Assembly: GCA_051313645.2 (NCBI GenBank)
Contig: JBNRSN020000020.1
Location: forward strand, 116,870,001 to 116,934,000
DNA: 64,000 bases
Direction of reading: 5' to 3'
From: Centroscyllium fabricii
Taxonomy: Eukaryota
Part shown: piece after piece, positions 1 through 13,400 of the stretch
Layout of the letters: each line of letters begins with the position of its first letter
Position numbering within the stretch: the first letter of the stretch is position 1
Position numbers and translations under genes: made by a program
Notes under the pieces: generated by a model
What the model saw: only the letters and a program-made list of their open reading frames with translations
Told to the model about the DNA's origin: nothing
The model's database searches: none

Positions 1-145
1 CGGCTAGTACATGCAACACCTGTACTGACACACGGCTAGTACATGCAACACCTGTACTGACACACGGCTAGTACATGCAACACCAGTACGGACACACGGC
101 TAGTACACGCAACACCTGTACTGATACATGGCTAGTACATGCAGT
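1..145. repeat. 32-bp tandem repeat (cggctagtacatgcaacacctgtactgacaca), about 4 copies
   Basis: Direct periodicity. Confidence 0.85.
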
Positions 146-519
146 GCCTGTGTTGCCATCGGGCAGTATATGACATGTATGTTCAGATACAGGCCTAGTA
201 TACAAAGTATTTGTGCTAAATTGGGGCTAATATTCATAGTGTGTGGGCTAATATAGGGCAGCGTATGTGGTATTTGTGCTGATACAGGCCCAGAATGTGC
301 ATTTTCTGTGCAGTGTTTGAATTGTCTGCACCTCTAGCAGTACATTGGAATCTGCTGATGCAGGGGCCGAGTATACAGTGTTTACAGGGGCAGAGTATAC
401 AGTGTTTATGCTGAATCAGGGCTAGTATACGTCATATGTGTTGATATAGGTTCAGTATATGCAGTGTATGGGCAGATAAAAGGTCAATATATACAGTATC
501 TGCACTGATACAACGCTGG

Positions 520-712
520 TATATGTGGTATTTGTGCGTACACGTGTGGTATATTGACGTCTGTGCTTACACGTGTGGTATATGCGTGTCTGTGCTTACC
601 CATGTGGTATATGCGTGTCTGTGCTCACACGTGTGGTATATGCATGTCTGTGCTTCCACGTGTGGTATATGCGTGTCTGTGCTTACACGCGTGGTATATG
701 CGTGTCTGTGCT
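520..712. repeat. About 29-bp tandem repeat (cacgtgtggtatatgcgtgtctgtgctta)
   Basis: 6-7 copies visible. Confidence 0.85.
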
Positions 713-947
713 AATTTAGGGTCAGATCAATTACAGTGCATTCCCACTGGTAGCATTGGATATGCAGTACCTGCACTGGTACAGATTCAGTTTCACACCC
801 AGTGCCTGCACTGGTACATGAGCAGTTCTGGATGAGCCTATCATTGACCTGTTTACAATTGGATTGGTTCTGTGCCAGTAAAGATCAATGTCAAATTAAC
901 CCGATTTCAATCGATGGCGCGCTAGTTACAGGTTGTTTTCCCCAATC

Positions 948-1074
948 ACAACTGTTGATTAATCGTTGCACGGTTTCACTTTATATTACAACTGTTGATT
1001 AATCGTTGCACTGTTTCACTTTATATTACAACTGTTGATTAATCGTTGCACTGTTTCACTTTATATTACAACTG
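948..1074. repeat. 40-bp tandem repeat x3 in the proximal SLC6A17 3' UTR
   Basis: acaactgttgattaatcgttgcactgtttcactttatatt at 948, 988 and 1028. Confidence 0.9.
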
Positions 1075-1107
1075 CATTAGATGCTAACTCTCCTCCTCCA
1101 ATCCACC

Positions 1108-1473
1108 TTACAGTTCCGATTCCGGAGTGCCGGCTGATAGGTAGCCAACGCCATATCGCCCATTGGCAGCAGTCATTTCCATTGGTGAGGTGCTATCAGG
1201 CCCGTTATAGGAGCGATGGGTGGGCATTGGTGAAGGAGTCTCACTAGGGACCTTGCTCAGGATGAACCGGGTCTCATCGTGATCATCCAAGTTGGACATA
1301 TCTTTCATCATTCGACCTCTTTTGTACGAAACAGATAAAGTGTTGGACCCATCGGACACGAGGTGAAAGTGGCGGACAATGAAGACAACAGGAATGGGCA
1401 GGATTCCCACCACAATCAGAGCAATCGTCAAGCCCATGGCCCAGGGTGGGAATATCAGGAACTTCTCCGTAGC
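1108..1473 (-). CDS. SLC6A17: SLC6A17 last coding exon ([14 protein letters not shown]...TPESEL*)
   Basis: AG acceptor at 1474-1475 after a pyrimidine tract; 366 nt; TAA at 1108-1110. Confidence 0.95.
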   Translation of the reverse strand, partial: ATEKFLIFPPWAMGLTIALIVVGILPIPVVFIVRHFHLVSDGSNTLSVSYKRGRMMKDMSNLDDHDETRFILSKVPSETPSPMPTHRSYNGPDSTSPMEMTAANGRYGVGYLSAGTPESEL

Positions 1474-4400
1474 CTAGACAAGGAAAAAGGAGACTCCATT
1501 ACACCGATCATTGCATTTAGCAAATGGAAAGACAGTTGGGTTATCTCAAGATTCGGTTCCATGCCAACTGACCCCGACACCCGCTGACCCCACCAGAGGT
1601 CTCTGATCCCCCCAGAGATCGCTGACCCCCAAAAGGTCACTGACCACGCACCCCACACCCAGAGGTCACTGACCCCCCAAGAGGTCACTGACCGTGCCCC
1701 CACAACACAGAGGTCACTGACCCCCCTGAGAGGTTTCTGACCCCCCAGAGGTTGCTGACCCCCCCAAAGGTCGTTGACCCTCGCTGACCCCCAAGAGGTC
1801 ACTGACCGCCCCCCCAACCAGAAGTCACTGACCTAGATTCATAGAAGACAGGAGCAGGAGTAGGCTAATCGGCCCCTCGAGCCTGCTCCGCCATTCAATG
1901 AGATCATGGCTGATAATCTGAATTCAGTACCCTGTCCCTGCCTTCTCCCCATATCCCTTGATCTCTTTAGCCTTAAGAAATATATCCAACTCCTTCTTGA
2001 ATATATTTAATGAATTGGCCTCTACTGCCTTCTGTGGTAGAGAATTCCACAGGTTCACCACTCTCTGGGTGAAGAAATTCCTCCTCATCTCTGTCCTAAA
2101 TGGCTTACCCCTTATCCTTAGGCTATGACCCCTGGTTCTGGACTCCCCGACCATCGGGAACATCCTTCCTGCATCTAGTCTGTCCAGTACTGTTAGAATT
2201 TTATAAGTTTCAATGAGATCACCTCTCATTCTTCTAAACTCCAGCGAGTACAAACTCAATCGACCCAATCTCTCCTCACACGTCATTCCTGCCATCCCAG
2301 GTATCAGCCTGATGAATCTTTGCTGCACTCCTTCCATGGCAAGAACATCCTTCCATAGATAAGGTGACCAAAACTGAACACAATACTCAAGATGTGGTCT
2401 CACCAAGGCCCTGTACAGCTGCAGCAAGATATCCTTGTTCCTGTTCTCAAACCCTCTCGCTACGAAGGCCAACATACCATTTGCCTTCTTAACCGCCTGC
2501 TACACCTACACGCTTACCTTCAGCGACTGGTGCACAAGGACACCCAGCTCTATTGCCATTCAGATAATAATCTGCCTTCTTGTTTTTGACACCAAAGTGG
2601 ATAACCTCGCATTTATCCACATTATACTGCATCTGCCACGCTTCTGACCAATCACCCAACCTGGCCAAATCATACTGGAGTTTCTTGGAATCCTCCTCAC
2701 AGCACACACGCCCCACCAGCTTCGTGTTGTCTGCAAACTTGGAGATATTACATCTAATTCCCTCGCCTAGATCATTAATATATATTGTGAATAGCTGGGG
2801 TCTAAGGACCGATCCTTGCGGTACCCCACTAGTCACTCCCTGCCACTCGGAAAAAGACCCGTTTATTCCAACTCTCTATTTTCTATCTGCCAACCAGTTC
2901 TCTATCCAAGTCAATACCTTGCCCCCAATCCCATGCTAATCTCTTGTGCGGGACCTTATCGAAAGCCTTTTGAAAGTCCAAATACACCACATCCACTGGT
3001 TCTCCCTTATCTATTTTACCAGTTACATTCTCAAAAAATTCCAGTGGATTAGTCAAGCACGATTTACCTTTAGTAAATCCATGTTGACTTTGTCCGATCC
3101 TGTCACTGTTTTCCAAGTACTCTGCTATTACATCTTTTAAAATGGACTCTAGCATTTTCCCCACTACCGATGTCAGGCTTACCGGTCTATAATTCCCCGT
3201 TTTCTCTCGACCCCCTTTTTTGAATAGTGGGGTAACATTAGCTACCCTCCAATCCATGGGAACTGTTCCAGTGTCTAAATTTTTGAAGATGATCAGCAAT
3301 GCATCTACTATTTCTAGGGCCACTTCCTTAAGTACCCTAGGATGTAGATTATCAGGCCCTGGGGATTTATCGACCTTCAATCCCGTCAAGTTCTCTAACA
3401 CCATTTTCCTACAAATACTGATTTCTTTCAGTTCCTCCCTCTCATTAGACCTGATGTTCCCCGATATCTCCAGGGGGTTGTTTGTGTCCGATGTGAAGAC
3501 AGAACCAAAGTTTGTATTTAATTGGTCTGCCATTTCTTGCCCTTTTCTGACCCACATATTCAGCAGCTCACTGGACAGCTGAGCACCTCAGCATCACTCA
3601 CTTCACCTGGAGTCTCCTCTGTGGAACATAACCACTTCTAATCGCAGCTCCTGTTTGCACAACCCCCATGTAACCATCGCACCCCCAGGTTAAAGAATCA
3701 TGGTGTCAGAAATATTCTTCTGCTTCTCACCTCCTCCATAATCCAGGCGTTGTATCCCGGTGGAGTGATGCCCATCTGAATAATGCTGGTCACCATCAGG
3801 ATAGCCATGGCCAGAGGGGAGATGTATTTCCAGGTGTAATAGTAATATCTGTATGGAGTGAAGCCCAGCATTTCTGTCAACTCCTGCATGAATCTGGAAA
3901 AGGGCAGAAAGACTTTACTGTTCCTTGGCACATAACTCTCTCAATATTCAGCTTCTCTTCAATGCCAACACACGTAACGATGCAGCAGTTTAAAGATGCA
4001 GAATTTAACAACATTCTCTCAAAAACAGTTAAATGTTGCATCAATGTTGGAATTAAGTAACTGGTTACATGCAGCCAGTCTACAAGCTGTAGGTTAGGGC
4101 TGTATGTAAGTTTAGAAGGTTGAGGGGAACTGATCAAGGTGTTTAAGAAGATTAATGGATTTGATAGAGTAAATAGGGGCTCCAAGAATATCCCCATCCT
4201 CAATGATGGTGGAGCTCAGCACGTGAGTGCAAAAGACAAGGCTGAAGTGTTTGCAACCATCTTCAGCCAGAAGTGCCGAGTGGATGATCCATATCGGCCT
4301 CCTCCTGAGGTCCCCACCATCACCGAATCCAGTCTTCAGCCAATTCAATTCACTCCACGTGATATCAAGAAACAGCTGAGTGCTCTGGATACAGCAAAGG

Positions 4401-7400
4401 CTATGGACCCTGACAACATCCCGGCATCGTGCTGAAGACTTGTGCACCAGAACCAGCCGCGCCTCCAGCCAAACTGTTCCAGTACAGCTACAACACTGGC
4501 ATCTATCCGACAATGTGGAAAACTGCCCAGGTGTGTCCTGTCCACAAAAATAAGAACAAATCCAAGCCGGTCAAATACCGCCCCGTCAGTCTGCTCTCAA
4601 TCATCAGCAAAGTAATGGAAGGTGTCATTGACAGTGCTATTAAGTAGCACTCTCTCACCAATAACCTGCTCACTGATGCCCAGTTTGGGTTCCGCCAAGA
4701 CCACTCGGCTGCCGACCCCATTACAGCCTCGGTCCAAACATGGACAAAGGAGCTGAATTCCAGAGGTGAGGTGAGAGTGACTGCCCTTGACATAAAGGCA
4801 GCATTTGACCGAGTCTGGCATCAAAGAGCCCTAGTAAAACTGAAGTCAATGGGAATCGGGGGGAAATGCTCGACTGGGTGGAGTCATACCTAGCACAAAG
4901 GAAGATGGTTGTGGTGATTGAAGGTCAATCATCTCAGCCCCAGGACATCGCTAAAGGAGTTCCGTAGGGCAGTGTCCTCAGCCCAACCATCTTCAGCTGC
5001 TTCATCAATGACCTTCCCTCCAACATAAGTTCAGAAATGGGGATGTTCGCTGATGACTGCACAGTGTTCAGTACCATTCACAACTCCTCAGATAATGAAG
5101 CAGTCCATACCCGCATGCAACATGACCTGGACAACATTCAAGCTTAGGCTGCTAAGTGGCAGGTAACATTCGCGCCACAGAAGTGCCAGGCAATGACTAT
5201 CTCCAACAAGCGAGAGTCTAACCACCGCTCCTTGACATTCAACGGCATTACCATCGCCGAATCACCCACCATCAACATCCTGGGGGTCACAATTAACCAG
5301 AAATTTAACTGGACCAGCCACATAAATACGGTGGCAACAAGAGCAGGCCAGTGGCTGGGAATTCTGCGGTAGGTGTCTCACCTCCTGACTCCCCAAAGCC
5401 TTTCCACCATCTACAAGGCACAAGTCAGGAGTGTGATGGAATACTCTCCACTTGCCTGGATGAGTGCAGCTCCAACAACACTCAAGAAGCTCGACACCAT
5501 CCAGGACAAAGTAGCCGCTTGATTGGCACCTCATCCACCACCTTCAACATTCACTCCCTCCACCACCGGCGCACCGTGGCTGCAGTGTGCACCATCTCCA
5601 AGATGCATGTGAGGGTGCCGGTTAGTTCCCTCAGTAACCCCTTGATGGCACCTTCACTGATTTATTTCCTTTTGCTAATCGTTACTTGTTTCCCCTGTTT
5701 AGTATTTAACTGCCTTTTCATCTGGGTTATTGGGTTCACCTGTTTGGGCTAGTATTTAGGTTCTGGTGTTTTCTCCCTCAGTGCTCAGTCTTGACAAGCA
5801 TTTTGCCTTGTGGTAGCTTGTCTGAGCACATCGGTTTGTAAACTGTGTTACTTTAGTAAAGTGTATTTTTTTATGACTATTCGCTTCTCGCCTCGTCTGT
5901 CTGCACTTGGGTCCAGAACCAGCCTCGCCCTGATGGCGCACTGCAGCAACTTGCCAAGGCTTCTTCAGCAGCACCTCCCAAACCCGCGACCTCTTCCACC
6001 TAGAAAGACAAGGGCAGCAGGCGCATTGGAACACCACCACCTCCAGGTTCCCCTCCAAGTCACACACCATCTTGACTTAGAAGTATATCGCCAATCCTTC
6101 ATTGTTGCTGGGTCATTGTGGGAATACCATCACCACATGGACTGCAGCGGTTCAAGAAGACGGTTCACCACCACCTTCTCAAGGGCAATTAGGGATGGGC
6201 AATAAATGCTGGCATTGCCAGTGACGCCTTGATCCCACATAAAATGAATTAAAAAAAGATAGTGATAAACTATGTCCTGTAGTGGGCAAGTCCAGAATAA
6301 GTGGGCATGACCTTAAAATTCGAGCTAGACTGTTCAGAGGTGATGTCAGGAAGTATTGCTTCACACAGAGGACGGTGGAAGTCTGAAAGGTTCTCCCTCA
6401 AGGGCAGTGGATGCTGGGAGTCAGTTGAAATTTACGGGTCCGAGAACGATCGTTTTTTGTTGGGTAAGGGTATTGAGGGATATGGAGCAAAGCCAAGGGG
6501 CCTCGCACAACAAGATCGCTAATTAATCCTTTCTCATTACATAATACCCAGTCTAAGATGGCCTGATCTCTAGTTGGTTCCTCGACATATTGGTCCAGGA
6601 AACCATGTCGTATACACTCCAGGAATTCCTCCTCCACAGTACTGTTACTAATTTGGTTAGCCCAATCTATATGTAGATTATAGTCACCCATGATAACTGC
6701 TGTGCCCTTATTGCACGCTTCTCTAATTTTGCTTTTAATGCCATCGCCAACCTCTGCATTACTGTTTGGGGGTCTATATACCACTTCCACTAACATTTTC
6801 TGCCCCTTGGTATTTGTCAGTTCTACCCATACAGATTCCACATCATCAGAGCTAATATCCTTCCTTACAATTGTGTTAATCCCCTCTTTAACCAGCAATG
6901 CTACCCCACCTCCTTTTCCTTTTTGCCAATCTTTCTTGAATATTGAATACCCCTGGATGTTGAGTTCCCAGCCTTGGTCACCCTGGAGCCATGTTTCCGT
7001 AATCCCAATCGTATCATATTCGTTTACCTCTATCTGCACAGCCAATTCATCCACCTTATTACGAATGTTCCTCGCATTAGACACAAAGCCTTCAGGCTTG
7101 TTTTTTTAACGCTCTTATCTCTATTAGAATTATTATTTACTGTGGCCAAGTTTGATTTAAACCCTTGATTTCTCAGTCTGCCACTTTTCTTTTTCTCCTT
7201 CCTGTCTTTTGCTTTTATCCTTGTTTCCCTTTCCTCTGTCTCCCCGCTCAGATTCCCAGCCCCCTGCCATTTCAGTTTAAACTCTCCCCCAAAGCGCTAG
7301 CAAACACTCCCCCTAGGATATCGCTCCCGCCTCTGCCCTGGTGCAGACCGTCCCGTTTGTACTGGTCCCACCTCCCCCAGAACCGGTTCCAATGTCCCAA

Positions 7401-10400
7401 GAATTTGCATCCCTCCCCCTTGCACCATTCCTCTAGTCATGTATTCATCTGAAATATCCTCCTATTTCTACTCTGACAAGCACATGGCACTGGCAGCAAT
7501 CCTGAGATTACTACCTTTGAGGTCCTATTTTTGAATTTACCTCCGAACTCCCCATATCTGGGGGCACTTACTTTTTCGTCCCATAAACCCACGACACAGA
7601 GATATTCTCCAAAATGACCACGATTGTGAGGGGCAATGTGGCTGAATAGTCATCAAACATTGTGACAAAGTAGTTTCCAGAACGCTGGACGAAGATGAGT
7701 CCGATTGAGAAAGCAAGCATCGTGCAGCCAACTGTGGAAAAAGAGCAAATTAATCCACGGCATTGAGAATGGAGATTAAAATGGATTCGAAATTCCCCAG
7801 AGAATGAACAAGAAACAAAAAACGTTCTGGAATTTGGAAAGGCCGCTCACTGCCGCAGACTGTCCCTTTCTGATGAACTAACACCCAGCAACCTCCTTCT
7901 CCCCAACACCTTCTCTCCAGAAAGCCATCCAATTGTTTCATGAACCCGTTCGTAGGGTCCAGATGAGACGTTAAACCGAGGCCCCGGCCGCGCTCTCAGG
8001 TAGATGTAAAAGATCCCACGGCACTATTCGATGAAGAGCAGTGGAGTTCTCCCCACTGTACTGGACAATATTTGTCCCTCAAGCAACATCACTAAAAAGA
8101 TTATCTGGTCATTTATCTCATTGCCATTTGTGGAATCTTGCTGTGTGAAAATGGCTGCCACATTTCCTACATTACAAACATAGAAATATAGAAGATAGGA
8201 GCAGGAGTTGGCCATTCGGCCCTTCGAGCCTGCTCCGCCATTCAATTAGATCACGACTGATCTTTCAGATTCAGTACCCTGTCCCTGCCTTCTCCACATA
8301 TCCCTTGATCTCTTCAGCCTGAAGAAATATATCCAACTCCTTCTTGAATATATTTAATGTACCGGCCTCCACCGCCCTCTGTGGCAGAGAATTCCACAGG
8401 TTCACCACTCTCTGGGTGAAGAAATTCCCCCTCATCTCTGTCCTAAATGGCTTTCACCTTATCCTTAGACTATGGCCCCTGGTTCTGGACTCCCCTTTCA
8501 TCAGAAACATCCTTCCTGCATCTAGTCTGTCCAGGCCTGACAGAATTTTATAGGTTTTGAAAAAATCCCCTCTCAATCGTCTGAACTCCAGTGACTATAA
8601 GCCCAATCGACTCAATCTCTCCCCATATGTCATTCCTGCCATCCCAGGTATCAGCCTGGTGAATCTTCGCTGCACTCCTTCAATGGCAAGAACATCCTTC
8701 CTCAGATGAGGCGACCAAAATTTCACACAATACTCAAGGTGTGGTCTCACCAAGGTCCTATAGAGCTGCAGCAAGACATCCTTGTTCTTATATTCGAACC
8801 CTCTTGCTACGAAGGCCAACATACCGTTTGCCTTCTTAAACGCCTGTTGCACCTGCATGCTTACCTTCAGTGACTGGTGCACAAGAACACCCAGGTCTCT
8901 TTGCACTTCCCCATTTCCCAATCTATTGTCATTCAAATAATAATCTGCCCTCCATTTTTTGCCACCATAGTGGATAACCTCACATTTATCCACATTATAG
9001 TGCATTTGCCATGTATCTGCCCAATCCCCCAACCTGTCCAAATCGCATTGGAGTTTCTCGACATCCTCCTCACAGCATACCCTCCCACCCAGCTTTGTGT
9101 CGTCTGCAAATTTGGAGATATTACATCTAGTTCTCTCGTCCAGATTATTAATATATATTGTGAACAGCTGGGGCCCTAGGACCAATCCTTGCGGTACCTC
9201 ACTAGTCACTGCCCGCCACTCGGAAAATGACCCATTTATTCCAAATCTGTTTTCTATCTGCCAACCAGTTCTCTATCCAAGTCAATACCTTGCCCCAAAT
9301 CCTATGAGCCTTAATTTTGCATGCTAATCTCTTCTGAGGGACCTTATCGAAAGCTTTCTAAAAGTCCAAATACACCATGTCTACTGGTTCTCCCTTATCT
9401 ATTTTACCAGTTACATCCTCAAAAAATTCCAGTGGATTAGTCAAGCACGATTTACCTTTTGTAAATCCATGTTGACTGTCCGATCCCGTCACTATTTTTC
9501 AAGTGTACTACTTTTATATCTTTAATAATGGACTCTAGCATTTTCCCCACTACTGATGTCAGGCTTACTGGTCTATAATTCCCCGCTTTTTCTCTACCCC
9601 CTTTTATGAATAGTGGGGTAACATTAGCTACCCTCCAATCCATGGGTACTGTTCCAGAGTCTATCGAGTTCTGGAAGATGATCAGCAATGCATCTACTAT
9701 TTCTAGGGCCACTTCCTTAAGTACCCTAGGATGTAGATTATCAGGCCCTGGGGATTTGTCAGCCTTCAATCCCTTCAACTTCCCCAACACCATCTCCCTA
9801 CAAATACTGATTTCTATCAGTTCCTCCCTCTCATTAGTCCCATTAGTGACTACACTTGGTTTCGCACCCCAGTGCAACTCCACGTCAAATCAACTAGTCA
9901 ACATATAAGGGGCAAGGATGCAGATCTTTAACTCCCCCCACCCGTGGAAACGGGTCAGTAGCAGAGTTAAAGTTGAAGTGGTCGACCTCATGACCCATTC
10001 CTGCTCTGCTGCCATTTTAACTTGGGCCTTCCGCTGGAGGCCACCATCCCACCTCAATCAGACGGGAGCCTCTTCAATCAATGCAAACCGGAGTCCAACA
10101 TCACACAAAGGCAGAGAGTACAAAAGCAAGGAAGTTATGATGAATCTTTATAAAACACTGGTTCAGTCTCAACTGGAGTATTGTGTCCAATTCTGGGCAC
10201 CGCACTTTAGGAAGGATGTGAGAGGGAGGTAGAGGAACAAATCTGCGGGGAAATCGCAGAGTTATACAAGAGCTATAGAGTGGTGATATCAGGGGACTTT
10301 AATTACCCAAATATCGATTGGGATAATGCTAGGGTAAAGGGAAAGGATGGGGAGGAATTTCTGAAATGTGTTCAGGAGAATTTCCTTGACCAGTGATTGA

Positions 10401-13400
10401 CAAGTCTAAGTGGTTTGGTTCACAGGCAACCTCTTGACAGCTAGGGAAGACCTGTCAATCACTAGAAAGCAGCTGGAATGTGAGGTTTTGAAAGGTTTTC
10501 TCCCACTGATCTTTTGCACCCTAGGTTAACAGTTAGTGCCGATGCAGGCTAGAGTCCAGGGATTGCTTCTACTGCAGCTGCTTCAATGACATTGAGGAAG
10601 TCACTATTGGCCCTGCCAGGTTTCAGTGGCAGGGTTTCCAGCTGGTGGGTTTTGCGTGGGAAAAACACAGAAACAAAGAAAATAGGAGCAGGAGTAGGCA
10701 ATTCGGCCCTTCGAGCCTGCTCCGCCATTTTGACAAGATCTTCTACCGGCATGCAAACAGTAAGCGGGTAGTAAGAGGCGGGCTGGGGCCTATTAGGGGC
10801 AAAGAAGGTGATATATGCTTAGAGGCGCAGGGCAAGGCTAGAATACTCAATGAGCACTTTGTATCAGTGTTTACTAAGGAGGTGGATGCTGACAAAATAT
10901 CGGTAGAAGTGGAAAAGGTAGAAGCAATGGAAGGGGTGAAAATTGATAGACAGGATGTACTAGAAAGGTTGGGTATGCTTAGAGTGGACAAGTCGCCTGG
11001 TCCAGAAGGCTTGCATCCCAGGTTCCGAAGGGAATTGGAGGAGGAGATAGCATGAGGGCTTGCCATAATTTTCCAATCTTCCCTAAATGTGGGGGTGGTG
11101 CCTGAGGATTGGAAAGTGGCAAATGTGACACCATTGTTCAAGAAAGGGTGTAAGGACAATCCTAGTAACTACAGGCCAGTCAGTTTAATATCGGTGTAGG
11201 TAAAGTTTTAGAAACAATAATCAAGGAAACAATTAATGGGCACGGATCTGTAAAAGTCAGATCAGGTTGGACTAATCTAATTGAATTGTTTGATGAAGTA
11301 ACAGGGAGGATCGATGTAGGGAATGCAATGGGCGTTGCCTACATGGATTTTAGGATGTTTGGCAAAGTACCGCATAGAAGGCTGGTTAACAAAATTGAGG
11401 CTCATAAGGACAGAAACCAGCGAGTTGTGGTAAATGGCTGATTTTCATCTGGGGGATGGTAGACAGTGGTGTTCCCCAAGGGTCAGTGCTGGGGGATGGT
11501 AGACAGTGGTGTTCCCCAAGGGTCAGTGCTGGGGGATGGTAGACAGTGGTGTTCTCCAAGGGTCAGTGCTGGGGGATGGTGGACAGTGGTGTTCCCCAAG
11601 GGTCAGTGCTGGGGGATGGTAGACAGTGGTGTTCCCCAAGGGTCAGTGCTGGGGGATGGTAGACAGTGGTGTTCCCCAAGGGTCAGTGCTGGGGGATGGT
11701 AGACAGTGGTGTTCCCCAAGGGTCAGTGCTGGGGGATGGTGGACAGTGGTGTTCCCCAAGGGTCAGTGCTGGGGGATGGTAGACAGTGGTGTTCCCCAAG
11801 GGTCAGTGCTGGGGGATGGTGGACAGTGGTGTTCCCCAAGGGTCAGTGCTGGGGGATGGTGGACAGTGGTGTTCCCCAAGGGTCAGTGCTGGGGGATGGT
11901 AGACAGTGGTGTTCCCCAGGGGTCAGTGCTGGGGGATGGTGGACAGTGGTGTTCCCCAAGGGTCAGTGCTGGGGGATGGTAGACAGTGGTGTTCCCCAAG
12001 GGTCAGTGCTGGGGGATGGTGGACAGTGGTGTTCCCCAAGGGTCAGTGCTGGGGGATGGTAGACAGTGGTGTTCCCCAAGGGTCAGTGCTGGGGGATGGT
12101 GGACAGTGGTGTTCCCCAAGGGTCAGTGCTGGGGGATGGTAGACAGTGGTGTTCCCCAAGGGTCAGTGCTGGGGGATGGTAGACAGTGGTGTTCTCCAAG
12201 GGTCAGTGCTGGGGGATGGTAGACAGTGGTGTTCCCCAAGGGTCAGTGCTGGGGGATGGTAGACAGTGGTGTTCCCCAAGGGTCAGTGCTGGGGGATGGT
12301 GGACAGTGGTGTTCCCCAAGGGTCAGTGCTGGGGGATGGTGGACAGTGGTGTTCCCCAAGGGTCAGTGCTGGGGGATGGTAGACAGTGGTGTTCCCCAAG
12401 GGTCAGTGCTGGGGGATGGTAGACAGTGGTGTTCCCCAAGGGTCAGTGCTGGGGGATGGTGGACAGTGGTGTTCCCCAAGGGTCAGTGCTGGGGGATGGT
12501 GGACAGTGGTGTTCCCCAAGGGTCAGTGCTGGGGGATGGTAGACAGTGGTGTTCCCCAAGGGTCAGTGCTGGGGGATGGTGGACAGTGGTGTTCCCCAAG
12601 GGTCAGTGCTGGGGGATGGTAGACAGTGGTGTTCCCCAAGGGTCAGTGCTGGGGGATGGTAGACAGTGGTGTTCTCCAAGGGTCAGTGCTGGGGAATGGT
12701 AGACAGTGGTGTTCCCCAAGGGTCAGTGCTGGGGGATGGTAGACAGTGGTGTTCCCCAAGGGTCAGTGCTGGGGGATGGTAGACAGTGGTGTTCCCCAAG
12801 GGTCAGTGCTGGGGGATGGTGGACAGTGGTGTTCCCCAAGGGTCAGTGCTGGGGGATGGTAGACAGTGGTGTTCCCCAAGGGTCAGTGCTGGGGGATGGT
12901 AGACAGTGGTGTTCTCCAAGGGTCAGTGCTGGGGGATGGTGGACAGTGGTGTTCCCCAAGGGTCAGTGCTGGGGGATGGTAGACAGTGGTGTTCCCCAAG
13001 GGTCAGTGCTGGGGGATGGTAGACAGTGGTGTTCCCCAAGGGTCAGTGCTGGGGGATGGTAGACAGTGGTGTTCCCCAAGGGTCAGTGCTGGGGGATGGT
13101 GGACAGTGGTGTTCCCCAAGGGTCAGTGCTGGGGGATGGTAGACAGTGGTGTTCCCCAAGGGTCAGTGCTGGGGGATGGTGGACAGTGGTGTTCCCCAAG
13201 GGTCAGTGCTGGGGGATGGTGGACAGTGGTGTTCCCCAAGGGTCAGTGCTGGGGGATGGTAGACAGTGGTGTTCCCCAGGGGTCAGTGCTGGGGGATGGT
13301 GGACAGTGGTGTTCCCCAAGGGTCAGTGCTGGGGGATGGTAGACAGTGGTGTTCCCCAAGGGTCAGTGCTGGGGGATGGTGGACAGTGGTGTTCCCCAAG

